Part shown: in pieces, positions 49,552 to 59,892 of the stretch
How positions within the stretch are numbered: position 1 is the first letter of the stretch
How the letters are laid out: every line of letters starts with the position of its first letter
Source of the DNA: an uncultured Nitrososphaerota archaeon
GTDB lineage: Archaea; Thermoproteota; Nitrososphaeria; Nitrososphaerales; Gagatemarchaeaceae
DNA: 64,000 nucleotides
Reading direction: 5' to 3'
Assembly: GCA_963703285.1 (NCBI GenBank)
Contig: OY969807.1
Location: 640,001 to 704,000 of the forward strand
Made by a program: the position numbers and the translations under genes
The notes under the pieces: generated by a model
Seen by the model: the letters and a program-made list of their open reading frames with translations, nothing else
Told to the model about the DNA's origin: nothing
Database searches by the model: none

Positions 49552-50160
49552 TTAAGCGATGACGTTTATCGTCCCGTCCATCCAGATCGGGTGCCACTCG
49601 CAGAAGTAGGTGTATTTGCCGGGCGTGGTGAAGGTGACCGCGTTGGTCTCCCCGGGGAGGGAGTAGAACTGGAACGGCTGGGCGCTCTGTGGCCACGATG
49701 TGGACTCTAGGATGTGCTCCTCGTTGTCGTTGTTCAGCCAGACTATCGTGTTGTTGACGCCGATGACGACGGTGATGTTGATCGGCTCGAAGGAGACCTT
49801 GTTGGCGAGGTCCTGGATGCCAGGCGGAATTATCACCAGCACTTCGGTCGAGTTCAGCGAGACCGACGAGCTCTTGGAGGCGGACGCGCTGGAGGCGGTG
49901 CTGGTTCGGGAGCTGCTAGGGGAGGACGAACTTGTCGAGGCCGAGGCAGATGACGAGATTGACGAGGTCGTCGACGAGCTCGTCGAAGACGAACTGGTCG
50001 AGGTGTTCGACGAGATCACCGTCCCTGTGTTGACGCCTCCCCCACTCTGCGAGAAAGCGAGGTAGACCGCTGACCCAGCGAGGGCGACGATGACGACCAG
50101 CAACGCAACCGCTATCATGGAAGCCATGCCCGCTCTTCCGGCGTCACTTTGTCTCACCAT
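49552..50160 (-). CDS. membrane-anchored cupredoxin (type 1 blue copper protein)
   Basis: FEP.NITVVIGVNNTIVWLNND...H and C-EW-H-PIW-M ligand set; Ser-rich linker. Confidence 0.88.
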   Translation of the reverse strand: MVRQSDAGRAGMASMIAVALLVVIVALAGSAVYLAFSQSGGGVNTGTVISSNTSTSSSSTSSSTTSSISSSASASTSSSSPSSSRTSTASSASASKSSSVSLNSTEVLVIIPPGIQDLANKVSFEPINITVVIGVNNTIVWLNNDNEEHILESTSWPQSAQPFQFYSLPGETNAVTFTTPGKYTYFCEWHPIWMDGTINVIA

Positions 50161-50247
50161 TCCAAAACCACCTGGCCCAAGACCCTAGCGATAGTCTGGA
50201 ATATCTTGCGAAAGCCTATAAGGTTAGTGGCTCATTTCTTGAAGCGG

Positions 50248-50367
50248 TTGCCGGAGCAGTTCTGCTACTGCGGTGCGCGGATGGTCGAGGTTCAGCCCTG
50301 CAAGTACAGGTGCCCTGTCGATGGCATGATCTGGGACTGCGAGGACGTGCTAGGACTCCCGAAGTGA
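50248..50367 (+). CDS. small Cys-rich (zinc-finger-like) protein
   Basis: FCYCGARM...CKYRCPVDGMIWDCED; TATA (CTATAA) ~30 nt upstream. Confidence 0.55.
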   Translation: MPEQFCYCGARMVEVQPCKYRCPVDGMIWDCEDVLGLPK

Positions 50368-50415
50368 CCCGTTCACGATGTTTATAATCGGAACGAGACG
50401 CGGCGTCCGGCAGAC

Positions 50416-51435
50416 ATGAAGGCGGTCCTGATAGATTCGCCTGGACGGGTCTCCGTCGTCGAGATGGAGAAGCCTACGCCCGGGGAGGGGGAGGTACTCG
50501 TCAAACTCGCCTGCTGCGGCATCTGCGGGACCGACGTCGAGAAGGTCCACGGTGAGGGCATAACGACGAGGATCCTCGGCCACGAGGAGGTCGGAGAGGT
50601 CGCAGAGCTCGGACCCGGGGTGAAGGGCATCGCCGTCGGCGAGAGGGTGTTCGCGCACCACCACGTGGGCTGCGGGGCCTGCGCGCTCTGCAGGCGAGGC
50701 GAAGACACCCTGTGCGGCGAGTACTCCAGGCACAACCTCGTCCCTTGCGGGCTCGCCCAGTACTTCGTAGTTCCCCGTTTCAACGTGGAGCGGGGCGCCA
50801 TCCTCAAGCTGCCCGACTCGCTCGGTTTCGAGGAGGCGAGCTTCATAGAGCCTCTCGCTTGCTGCATCCGGGGACTCGACCTTGCTGGGGCCAAGGGCGC
50901 TTCCTCGGCGATGATCTACGGGGCCGGCCCCGTAGGGTTGACCCACATGAGGCTCCTGAAATCGTTCGGCGTAAAGAAGGTGGGAATCGCGGATGTCAGC
51001 GAGTACAGGATATCCCTCGCCGGGAGGATGGGCGCGGACGTGTCGTTCAATCCTGGCAGCGAGGAGGAACGGGCGCGGGCGCTGGAGGCCTTCGACGGTG
51101 GCCCGGAGGTCGTCGTCCTCGCCACGGGAAGCGGGGCGGCGCTGGAGGACGGCCTCAGGGTCGTCGCCAAGGGTGGCACGGTCCTCCTGTTCGGAGCGCC
51201 GCGAAGGGACTCCGTCGCGCGCCTCGAGATGGCGGCGTTCTTCCTGAACGGCACGAGGCTCGTCGCGAGCTACGCGTCCACCGAGAGGGAGACGGCGGCT
51301 GCGCTCGCGCTCCTCGTGGAGGGGAAGGTCCAGGTCTCGGACATGATCACCCACAGGTTCCCACTCGAGAGGAGCGCCGACGCGTTCGCCGTGGCCTCGG
51401 AGCAGCGATGCATGAAGGCGTTGATCACGAGCTGA
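50416..51435 (+). CDS. Zn-dependent alcohol/polyol dehydrogenase (MDR)
   Basis: CGICGTD, GHEEVG, CGACALC, EPLAC, GAGPVG. Confidence 0.93.
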   Translation: MKAVLIDSPGRVSVVEMEKPTPGEGEVLVKLACCGICGTDVEKVHGEGITTRILGHEEVGEVAELGPGVKGIAVGERVFAHHHVGCGACALCRRGEDTLCGEYSRHNLVPCGLAQYFVVPRFNVERGAILKLPDSLGFEEASFIEPLACCIRGLDLAGAKGASSAMIYGAGPVGLTHMRLLKSFGVKKVGIADVSEYRISLAGRMGADVSFNPGSEEERARALEAFDGGPEVVVLATGSGAALEDGLRVVAKGGTVLLFGAPRRDSVARLEMAAFFLNGTRLVASYASTERETAAALALLVEGKVQVSDMITHRFPLERSADAFAVASEQRCMKALITS

Positions 51436-51487
51436 CCTCTCTCGAGACTGAGGCCGGCGGACAGACGCGGGGGGTTCGCGGCGCCCG

Positions 51488-52333
51488 ATGAAGGCGCGAG
51501 CGGTCGACCTCTCGCTCATCATACTGGTCTGCCTGATCTGGGCGGGGAGCTACTTCGTAATCAAGGCAATCCTCCCGTTCGTCGATCCGATCACCTTTGC
51601 GTTCCTGAGGGCGACGCTGAGCGGCATCTTCGTCTTCGCCATCGCGCGCTTCAGGACGGACGGGATGGGGCGCGTGGACGTTGCTTGGCTCGTAGCCCTC
51701 GGCCTCTTCAATGTCGCGCTCTTCCAGATTTTCCTGAACGTCAGCCTCGTGACGGCGAGCGCGGGGGTCGACTCGACTCTCGTTTACACCCAACCGGTCA
51801 TAGTTGTTGCGCTCGCACCCTTGATAGGAGAGGCGATGACGCGCAACAGGCTGATCGGGATCGGCGCGGCCTTCGCCGGGATCGTCGTGATCTTCCTTCC
51901 CAGCATCCTCTCATCGAACCTGGTCGTGGGCGACCTCTACGCCCTCCTGGCTTCGGTGTCGTGGGCCATCGCCATCATACTCTACAAACGGTGGAAGACC
52001 TCGCTGAACGTCAACACGATCACGGCGGTCCAGTCTCTGGTCGGCGGCGCTTTCATACTTCCCGCGGTCGCTTTCACTCACGTGTACCTGACCTTCAGCC
52101 CGCTGTTCCTCCTCCTCCTTCTGTACAGCGTCGTCCTCGCCAGCGGCCTGGCCTACGTGATCTTCTGGAAGGTCCTCTCCCGTATGCCCGCGGCGCAGTT
52201 CTCCTCGTACTTCTTCCTCGTGCCCGTCTTTACCGTGATAATGGCCTCGGTCTTCCAGCTGAGCGTGCCGCCATTGAACGAGATCGCCGGGACGGCGCTG
52301 GTGGCCCTTGGGATCGTCGCCGTCAACAGATGA
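51488..52333 (+). CDS. DMT/EamA transporter
   Basis: About 10 TM segments, IWAGSY, TQPV, LVPVF. Confidence 0.9.
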   Translation: MKARAVDLSLIILVCLIWAGSYFVIKAILPFVDPITFAFLRATLSGIFVFAIARFRTDGMGRVDVAWLVALGLFNVALFQIFLNVSLVTASAGVDSTLVYTQPVIVVALAPLIGEAMTRNRLIGIGAAFAGIVVIFLPSILSSNLVVGDLYALLASVSWAIAIILYKRWKTSLNVNTITAVQSLVGGAFILPAVAFTHVYLTFSPLFLLLLLYSVVLASGLAYVIFWKVLSRMPAAQFSSYFFLVPVFTVIMASVFQLSVPPLNEIAGTALVALGIVAVNR

Positions 52334-52373
52334 CCGCTCTAGCTTATCTCCGCTGGCCGACGATGCTCTAGCC

Positions 52374-53393
52374 ATGGAGCGCCCCTCGCACCAGACCGAC
52401 TCGGGAGCCATGAGCATCCTTCCCGCGCTCAAGACATTCCCGACCAACGAAATCGCGATAATAGGGTGCCACGCTCAGAACATGAGCAGGAGGAGCTGCG
52501 AGTATGACCTGCTCGTAGTCAACCACGACCCCATCCCCCAGAAGTTCGTCAAGGTGGGCGAGGTGTACGCGAAGATAATCTTCAGGAACGAGAGGGACGT
52601 CAGGCAGCCCGACCTCGACCTCGGCCTGACCTTGGCGTCCGCCGTCCCCCTGAGGGATTCATCGCTCCTGCTCGCGGGTGCGTCATCGGACTGCAAACGC
52701 AGTTTCATAGCGAATTGCAAGAGGGGGGCGGAGGCCCGCCTGGCGTCGTCCCTGAAGTCGCTGGCCAGGGTCGAAGAGCTTCTCTCGGAGAAGGAGGCTG
52801 CGGAGGCCGACCTGTCCCTGCTCTCAGCGGCGAGGGACTTCGCACACGCCGAGCTGCTCGCCGAGGGGAAGATGCCCTCCCCCAGCCACGTCCTCGGCCA
52901 GGTGAAGGGGCTCCCAAAGAGGAGGCCCTCGACCTTCAAAGCCTGGGCGGACGCCTTTGGACTGGAGATGGCCTCGAGGGTCTCGTGTGAGAACAGGATG
53001 GAGGGGCTCTCGATCATCTACGACGCGATCAGGACGCAGGGCGGCGGGACCGAGGCGCCTTCTCTCTTCGGGCGTTACATGGAGAGCGAGGCGGTCCGGG
53101 TCATGGAGATGAAGGCGGGGGAGCTCCTCGATTCGATGCGATCGGCCGAGTGCTACTCGTACCTCGGACAGGAGGCGGTACAGGCGATGTTTGACCTCTA
53201 CCTCCTCCACGTCGGGAAGCTGTCCAAGGAAAAGGACTACTCGAGGGTCGTCCGCGAGCTCGCGGAGGGAGACGACCGTCTCATATCCCAGGAGGTGGTC
53301 AAGTCTCTTGGAATCGTCCGCGCGCCGGAGGTCACCGCCTCGGCCGCGACCGGCCTCAAGGCCGCGGTATCGTCTCTAGCCAAGAGAATATGA
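52374..53393 (+). CDS. hypothetical protein with nucleotidyltransferase-like N-terminus
   Basis: IGC......SCEYDLLV motif; start chosen from the upstream CTTATC. Confidence 0.6.
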   Translation: MERPSHQTDSGAMSILPALKTFPTNEIAIIGCHAQNMSRRSCEYDLLVVNHDPIPQKFVKVGEVYAKIIFRNERDVRQPDLDLGLTLASAVPLRDSSLLLAGASSDCKRSFIANCKRGAEARLASSLKSLARVEELLSEKEAAEADLSLLSAARDFAHAELLAEGKMPSPSHVLGQVKGLPKRRPSTFKAWADAFGLEMASRVSCENRMEGLSIIYDAIRTQGGGTEAPSLFGRYMESEAVRVMEMKAGELLDSMRSAECYSYLGQEAVQAMFDLYLLHVGKLSKEKDYSRVVRELAEGDDRLISQEVVKSLGIVRAPEVTASAATGLKAAVSSLAKRI

Positions 53394-53618
53394 GATGACG
53401 ACGGGATTGCGGTTCAAGCGGTTTCGAGATGTGTTTTGCTAAACTCAATATAGTTCAATGGACGGCAATATTCCGTCGGCGTCCGAGATAGTGGGAACAT
53501 TGCCCTGCGCGCCGAAGCGCTCGAAAAGTGCAATTTTTACAGTACGTAGAACAATATTCCTGTATTATGATATATATGCTTAAAGACAAGCTGTTTCATC
53601 ATATCCACAAGAAAGAAG

Positions 53619-53801
53619 TTGAGCACAACGTACCCGGAGGCAGGAGCGAGCAAGATTGTCTCTTGCAACTTCTGCAGCAAGCTCTTGGGTAGGGAGTACT
53701 ACTTCACGTGCCACATCTGTGGAGCCACGTACTGTTACATCCACATGACAAAACATTCGCGGGCCCACAAGCCAACGATCCCTGTCGCCTATACCAGCTG
53801 A
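53619..53801 (+). CDS. AN1-like zinc-finger microprotein
   Basis: CNFC...FTCHICGATYCYIH..H..H. Confidence 0.7.
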   Translation: MSTTYPEAGASKIVSCNFCSKLLGREYYFTCHICGATYCYIHMTKHSRAHKPTIPVAYTS

Positions 53802-53807
53802 CCCCGA

Positions 53808-54317
53808 CTACTTCCGCATCTCCTTGGCGGCAGACCTCACCGAGGTGATGATATTCTGGTAGCCGGTGCACCTGCACAGGTTCCCCGACAGCCCCAGCTT
53901 GATCTCGTCGTCGGTGGGGTCCGGGTTCTCCTTCAGCAGCCAGACGGCCTGCATGATCATGCCCGGCGTGCAGAAGCCGCACTGGAGCCCGTGGTTGTCC
54001 CAGAAGGCCTGCTGGATCGGGTGAAGCTTGCCGTCCTTGGCCAGCCCCTCGATGGTCTCGATGCGTGCCCCGTCCGCCTGGACAGCGAGCATCGTGCAGG
54101 ACTTCACGGACTTGCCGTCCAGCAACACCGTGCAGGACCCGCAGTTCGATGTGTCGCACCCCACGTGGGTCCCCGTCAGCCCTACGACGTCGCGGATGAA
54201 GTGGACGAGCAGGAGCCTCGGCTCGACGTCCCGTACGTAGTCGACGCCGTTGATGTTGACCCTGACCTCCATGGTGCTGGGGCCTTGGCTCTTGGCCCTC
54301 GTGGACGACCGGGCCAT
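53808..54317 (-). CDS. coxS: CoxS/CutS 2Fe-2S subunit of a xanthine-oxidase-family molybdoenzyme
   Basis: [33 protein letters not shown]. Confidence 0.95.
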   Translation of the reverse strand: MARSSTRAKSQGPSTMEVRVNINGVDYVRDVEPRLLLVHFIRDVVGLTGTHVGCDTSNCGSCTVLLDGKSVKSCTMLAVQADGARIETIEGLAKDGKLHPIQQAFWDNHGLQCGFCTPGMIMQAVWLLKENPDPTDDEIKLGLSGNLCRCTGYQNIITSVRSAAKEMRK

Positions 54318-55198
54318 CAGCGCCTGCCTCCCTTGAGCCTGCTCGAGGCCAGAACCAGGCCACGCCCCGTGTAGACCTTGGCCATCGCCCTCTTGTAGTC
54401 CGCGGACCCCCTCAGCGGGTCGTCGGTTGGCTTCGAGTCCTCGGCCGCGGCCTCGGAGGCCTCCTCGATGACCCTGGCGGTAAGCGGCCTTCCGAGGAGC
54501 GCTGCCTCGGCCTTGGCGGCTCTCAGGTTCTTGTTCCCGAGCGCCGTCAGCCCTATCCCCGCGTACGAGCAGGCGCCCTTGGAGTCGACAGTAATCTGAA
54601 CTCCCACGGCCGCCGTCGGAAAGTCGCCGGTCTTCCTCTTCAGCTTGACGTAGGCCCCTGCGCTCCCTGGCGGGGGGACGGGAAGGGTCACCTGTGTGAG
54701 CAGCTCCGTGGGCTTCAGCGCTGAGGTGAAGGTGTCTACCAAGAAGTCGTCGATCTTCATCGTCCGTTCCTTCGAAGGTCCGCGAATTGTGACGACGCCC
54801 CTGACCGCCAGGATGGCGGCACCCCAGTCCCCGCTGGGGTCGCTGTGCGAGAGGGAGCCCCCAATCGTCCCCATGTTCCTGACCTGGGGGTCACCTATCG
54901 TCCCGGCGCACTCGGAGAGCATGAGCGCCTTCTCCCGTATCAGCTTGGAGGTCTGGATCTCGTAGTGCCTGGCGAGGGCGCCCATGACGATGTTACCGTG
55001 CGACTGCTTGATCGAATCCAACCCCCGAATCCTATTGATGTCGACCACGTACTCGGGAGACCCCAGCCTCAGCTTCATGATGGGTAGGAGACTCATCCCC
55101 CCCGCGAGGACCTTCGCTTTGGAGCCGTACTTCTTTAGGAGGGCACTCGCCTCGGGGATCGACGTAGGTGCAAAGTACTCGAACTTGCGAGGAACCAT
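54317..55198 (-). CDS. coxM: CoxM/CutM FAD subunit
   Basis: [25 protein letters not shown]. Confidence 0.95.
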   Translation of the reverse strand: MVPRKFEYFAPTSIPEASALLKKYGSKAKVLAGGMSLLPIMKLRLGSPEYVVDINRIRGLDSIKQSHGNIVMGALARHYEIQTSKLIREKALMLSECAGTIGDPQVRNMGTIGGSLSHSDPSGDWGAAILAVRGVVTIRGPSKERTMKIDDFLVDTFTSALKPTELLTQVTLPVPPPGSAGAYVKLKRKTGDFPTAAVGVQITVDSKGACSYAGIGLTALGNKNLRAAKAEAALLGRPLTARVIEEASEAAAEDSKPTDDPLRGSADYKRAMAKVYTGRGLVLASSRLKGGRR

Positions 55199-55249
55199 GT
55201 CGCTTGGCCGGAGGACCGATTTTTTGTAGATAAAGGTTCTGCTGAACAG

Positions 55250-56113
55250 CTACTCCTTCGGCCTGTTGGACAGCTCGCCCACGAGTGGTTTGTGCGGCAT
55301 GTGCTTGTTGTGCTTCGTCGCCGTCACGTCGGTCATTATGCTGAGGGCTATCTCCTCCGCCGAGACTGCGCCGATGTCGACCCCGATGGGGGCGTGGATC
55401 GACTCGAGGAAGGACTGCGGCACTCCCCTCTTCCTAAGCTCTTCGATGTCATCGGCGGTCCTCTGCCTGCTCGCGACCAGCCCCACGAACCTCACGCCCT
55501 TCCCCGATAGAACCTCGAACGTCTTGACGTCCCTCTCGCCCTTGGTCAGGAGCACGACCGAGTCGGTGGGGGAGAACGGGAAGGAGTTCAGGTCGTAGTC
55601 GAGGTCGGTTATCAGCGTGTCGGGTTCCTCCTCGAGCACGGGCAGGTGGTCTATGACAATCGTCTCGTAGCCCAGGATCTTGCCGAACCGGACGAGGCCC
55701 TCCTCGATGTCGTCCTTCCCACCCTGGCCTATGATGACGAGGCGGTCCGTGGGGAGGTACGGGTCCACGTATATCTCCATCATCCCACCGCACTTCGTCT
55801 CGACATAAATCTCATCCGGGTTCTTGTTTGTGAGCGTCCCATCGAGGGCGTTCCTCGCGTCCTCCAAGTAGACCTTGACCACCCTAGCCTTCCCCGTTCG
55901 CAGCGCCTCGATCGCTATGGTCGCAATCACAGACTCGGGGCAGACCCCGCCCACGGTCCCGAAGACGATCCTCCCCTCCTTCGAGACGATCGCCTTGAAG
56001 CCCGGCTTGCCGATGGTCGAGCCATGCACTCGGACGACGGTCGCCATCACGAACGGCTCTCTCCTCTCGGCCAAGCCGTCCATGTAGCGCGTGAGGTCCC
56101 CTATCTTGGGCAT
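55250..56113 (-). CDS. XdhC/CoxI-family Moco insertion chaperone
   Basis: ATVVRVHGS..GKPG, GGVCPE, CGGMME, APIGVDIGA...EEIALSI. Confidence 0.9.
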   Translation of the reverse strand: MPKIGDLTRYMDGLAERREPFVMATVVRVHGSTIGKPGFKAIVSKEGRIVFGTVGGVCPESVIATIAIEALRTGKARVVKVYLEDARNALDGTLTNKNPDEIYVETKCGGMMEIYVDPYLPTDRLVIIGQGGKDDIEEGLVRFGKILGYETIVIDHLPVLEEEPDTLITDLDYDLNSFPFSPTDSVVLLTKGERDVKTFEVLSGKGVRFVGLVASRQRTADDIEELRKRGVPQSFLESIHAPIGVDIGAVSAEEIALSIMTDVTATKHNKHMPHKPLVGELSNRPKE

Positions 56114-56319
56114 CTGGACTGAAATGGCCTCGGGAGTTATTTATCCTTGCCTAGCTTTCCACGGCTGTGAGGAGCTGTTCGATCTCTACCTCTGGGGAAA
56201 GGTGAAGACGCACTTGTCGAGGGGGTCCGTCTCCTAGGCAAACGTCACCCTCGGCGAGCCTTACCCAGTCGAAGTATCGAGGCCGGGCTGCGCCTTCCAT
56301 GAAGTGGGGACGGCCGGAC

Positions 56320-57432
56320 CTACTTCAGGACATCCTCGAGTGCGTCGAGCGTCGCTGAGACGAAGGAACGCTTGGCCCCGTATCCCATCGTCCCTATCCG
56401 CAGCACCCGTCCCTTGAGCTCCTTGTACCCTCCGCCTATTAGGATGCGATGCTTCTTGACCATGGCGTTGATGACCTCGGTATCGGTCCTGCCGCTAGGC
56501 ACATGGAAGGCGGTGACCGTCGGGGAGCAATCCTGCTCGCGCAACGGCCAGAGGCCCAGACCAAGCCTCTTGATGCCGTCTCTGCAGTACCGTGCTGCGT
56601 CGGCGTGTCGCGCTAGGCACGCCTCCATGCCCTCCTCGAGGATCTCGCCGAGCGCGGCGTTGAAGGCGTAGACGTCGTTTGTGAAGGGGGTAAAGGGGAA
56701 CCTGCGAGACGCGAGCCAGGTGTCCTTCCAGTCGAGCAGAGATAGGTACGAGTTCCTCACCGGGCTCTTCTTCCCCTCGACCCTCTCCCACCCGAACTGG
56801 CTGACCGCCATCGGGGTGAGGGAGGCCGGCGCGCCTATGCACTTCTGGGAGGCGGAGATGGCGATGTCGACCCCCCACTCGACCGGCCTGAACTCGGCGC
56901 CGCCGAGGGTCGCCACGCAGTCGACGATGGTGAGCATCCCGAGCTTCTTCGCCTCCCTGCAGATGGGCTCTACCGAGTTCAAGAGCCCCGAGGGCGTCTC
57001 GCAGTGCACGAGCGTCATGGCGACCGCGCCTTCATTCTCGCGCAGGAAGGCCCTCGCCGCGTCGGGGTCGAGTCCCACGTTCGGTTCCTGGTGGAAGTAA
57101 ACCGGGGTCGCGCCGGCGTTCGAGACGTACTCCCCGAACCAGCGCCCAAAGGGGCCATTCTCGAAGACCAGCACCTTGTCGCCCGGGTTCACCGTGCACG
57201 CAACCGAGGCCTCGAGCCCGAGAACTCCCTCGCCCTGAAGGATCAGGACGTTCTCCTTCTTGGTGCCGAAGACCTTCGACAGCTTGTCGGTGGTCGAATC
57301 GAACAATTCGATGAACTTCGGATAGTAGTGATGCACGCTGGGCTGCGCCAGAGCCGAGAGGACCCGCGGAGAGACCTCGACAGGACCCGGCGTCATCATG
57401 AAGTCTATCCCTTCCCTGGCGGAGTTCCACAA
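56320..57432 (-). CDS. class V PLP aminotransferase (serine-pyruvate/alanine-glyoxylate type)
   Basis: MTPGP, HCETPSG, VDCV, SQKC, RIGTMG. Confidence 0.92.
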   Translation of the reverse strand: MWNSAREGIDFMMTPGPVEVSPRVLSALAQPSVHHYYPKFIELFDSTTDKLSKVFGTKKENVLILQGEGVLGLEASVACTVNPGDKVLVFENGPFGRWFGEYVSNAGATPVYFHQEPNVGLDPDAARAFLRENEGAVAMTLVHCETPSGLLNSVEPICREAKKLGMLTIVDCVATLGGAEFRPVEWGVDIAISASQKCIGAPASLTPMAVSQFGWERVEGKKSPVRNSYLSLLDWKDTWLASRRFPFTPFTNDVYAFNAALGEILEEGMEACLARHADAARYCRDGIKRLGLGLWPLREQDCSPTVTAFHVPSGRTDTEVINAMVKKHRILIGGGYKELKGRVLRIGTMGYGAKRSFVSATLDALEDVLK

Positions 57433-57508
57433 GTCGGCTCCTCACCTGCACGTTTCCCGATTTATGTCTTGAATTAGCTCAAATAGAGCACCGGAGGCCC
57501 GGCACGGC

Positions 57509-58156
57509 ATGGGAGGGATCAGCCAGGGTCGCGCGAGCGATGACTCGATGAACGCAACGGCGACGGGGTTCGTCTCCGCAATCGTCTTGGCGGCGGGCCT
57601 CTCGAGCAGGTTCGGCAGGCCCAAGCAGCTCGCCATGCTCGAGGGAAAGTCCTTGGTGAGGAGGGCGGCCGAGGCGCTCGTCTCAGCCGGGCTGGGTGAG
57701 GTCATCGTGGTGGTTGGCCACAGGGCCGCCGAGGTCGCCAGGGAGCTGGGCGGCATGGACACGAGGATCGTCTTCAACAAGAACTACAGGGCTGGGATGG
57801 GGTCCTCCCTCAAGGCGGGTCTGGCGAAGGTGCGCCCGGAGAGCCGGGCGGTCCTGGTCGTCCTCGCGGACCAGCCGTTCATCACGACCAGGCTGATACG
57901 CAGGATACTCTTGGTTCATCGACGAACGGGCTCGGACGTCGTTGCATCGTCCTCGGCCGGTGTGGTCAGCCCTCCCGTCCTTTTCAGCAGCAGCCTCTAT
58001 GGCGAGCTCGCTATGATCCGGGACGGCGCGGGCGCCCGGGCCGTCATCGAGGACCATCCGGGCCACCAGGTGGTGAATGTGAGGGCGAGGACGCTCTTCG
58101 ACATCGATACCGAGAGCGACCTGGCGAGAGCTCGAAGGGCGCTTCGACCGGGGTAG
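57509..58156 (+). CDS. mocA: molybdenum cofactor cytidylyltransferase
   Basis: LAAGLSSRFGRPKQL, GMGSSL, LADQP, DIDT. Confidence 0.88.
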   Translation: MGGISQGRASDDSMNATATGFVSAIVLAAGLSSRFGRPKQLAMLEGKSLVRRAAEALVSAGLGEVIVVVGHRAAEVARELGGMDTRIVFNKNYRAGMGSSLKAGLAKVRPESRAVLVVLADQPFITTRLIRRILLVHRRTGSDVVASSSAGVVSPPVLFSSSLYGELAMIRDGAGARAVIEDHPGHQVVNVRARTLFDIDTESDLARARRALRPG

Positions 58157-58157
58157 G

Positions 58158-59418
58158 TCAGACGAGCGAGGAAAGGCCAGGAAGGAGATGGAGCCTCACC
58201 CGCTCTCCCTTCTCAAGGCGCACCACGGGTTCCCCGGCGAGGACGAACCCGTCGCTCTGAGTCAGGAAAGTGATCTTCTCCGTCTCCCCGCTCGAAGCCT
58301 CGACCGTCACCTCAGGACCGGCCGTGTTCGCCTTCACGTAAACCACCTTCGTGAAGTCTCGATAGCGGTTCCCTGCGTCCCAGGCGTTGCCCATCCTGGC
58401 GGGTATCGAAGGGGGAAGCTCGAACCCCCGCCCTTGTAGCGCCCTGATCATCGGGTACCCCACCATCGTGAAAGCGTTGACGGCGCCCTGTATTGGTCCC
58501 GGCAGGATCAGGACGACCTTCCCCCTCGCCACTCCGAATCCCATGACGCGCCCCCTGTGCACCTTCATCCCGTGGACCAGCACGCCCGGCTTGCCCGACC
58601 TGTTTATCGCCTCCCCGGTGAGGTCGGACTCGCTCACGGAGGAACCCGCCACGGTGAGCACGACGTCGGCGATGGCCAGCGCCTTCTTGATGGACCTGGA
58701 TATCTCACCCGGGTCGTCCCGGGCGATGGGGAACCTCACAGGGACGCCCCCCGCCCCCTCTATCAGCCGCGAGAGGAGGAAGCTGTGCGACTCCGGTATC
58801 TTCCCCGGTTCCGTGCCGCTGATTCGGTCGCTCAGCTCGTTCCCCGTGGGAATGATGGCCACCTTCGGCCTCGCGTAGGCCCTGACCCTGCCGATGTGCA
58901 TCGAGCCCAGGAGGACCTGGTCCGTCCCCCTGAGGACGCGGCCCGCAGGCAGGACCGTCTCGCCCTTCTTCACGTCCCTTCCTCTCGGGTAGACGTGCTG
59001 CCCGGTCTCGGCGGGGCCGGAGACCCGCACGCGCCCAGAGGCCACACTCACCTTCTCGGACTGGAGGACCGAGTCGGCTCCCCTGGGCATGAAGCCGCCC
59101 GTCGGGATCGAATGGGCCTCCCCGCTCCTCAACGTCCTGTGGGGCAGGGCGCCTGAGCGCGCTCCCCTTCACCAACTTCAGGGACACGGGCTTTATCGCC
59201 GTCGCGAGGGCCACGTCGGAAGCGCGTATGGCGAATCCGTCCATGTGCGAACTATCCCTGGCTGGTATGTCGACCCTCGAGACGACGGCTTCGCAGAGTA
59301 CACGCCCGAGCGAGGCCCCGATCGAGACGGCCTCCCGGCGGGGGACCACCTTTGCGTTGCGCCTCAGCACGTCGAGTGCATCGGCGAGGGATGTGTAGTC
59401 TGTGAACTCTCGTGCCAG
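58158..59418 (-). CDS. moeA: molybdopterin molybdotransferase with a frameshift at ~59155
   Basis: SHMDGFA in the upstream frame; TGG.MP.GAD, TGNEL, GSSVS, LPG in the downstream frame; CTG start inferred. Confidence 0.85.
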
Positions 59419-59433
59419 GTGGCAGACTCTCCG

Positions 59434-59892
59434 TTAGCGGGACCGGCGTCTCTTTGCCTTGCCTTCGCCGATCGCCCTACCCTCAGCCCACTTCTCCCCT
59501 CCCCCGGTGAGGTGCTCCTTCTTCCAGATGGGGACCTCCCGCTTTATCTGCTCGATTCCCAGCCTGCAGGCTGCGAAGGCCTCGGCCCTGTTGGGCGCGG
59601 AGGCTACCACGACCACGCTCACCTCGCCCACGCCGAGCTCCCCTATCCTGTGCTGCATGGCGACCTTTCCCACCTTGAGGGAACGCTTGACCTTCTTCTC
59701 GACCTCCAGCATCCTCTTCTCCGCCATCGGCACGTACGCCTCGTAGAGCATCCTGTCGACCTTGCCTGCGTCGCTCGTGTTCCTGACCGTCCCGATGAAG
59801 ACCACGGTGCCGCCCATCTTCGGGTCCCGGGTCTCTGCCAGGAGCGACTCCAGGTCTATCGTGGTGTCCTTGATCCTTCCGGAGGGCTTCAA
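59434..59892 (-). CDS. moaE: molybdopterin synthase catalytic subunit
   Basis: FIGTVR, YEAY..MA, HRIGEL, IKREVPIWKKE. Confidence 0.93.
   Translation of the reverse strand: MKPSGRIKDTTIDLESLLAETRDPKMGGTVVFIGTVRNTSDAGKVDRMLYEAYVPMAEKRMLEVEKKVKRSLKVGKVAMQHRIGELGVGEVSVVVVASAPNRAEAFAACRLGIEQIKREVPIWKKEHLTGGGEKWAEGRAIGEGKAKRRRSR

Noticed and set aside
49860-50010. Low-complexity repeats (also ~26995-27040)
   Set aside because: They encode Ser/Thr linkers of surface proteins
56151-56300. 49-aa minus-strand ORF (MEGAARPRYFDW...) or a Moco riboswitch upstream of xdhC
   Set aside because: No recognisable protein motif or riboswitch consensus; support is insufficient
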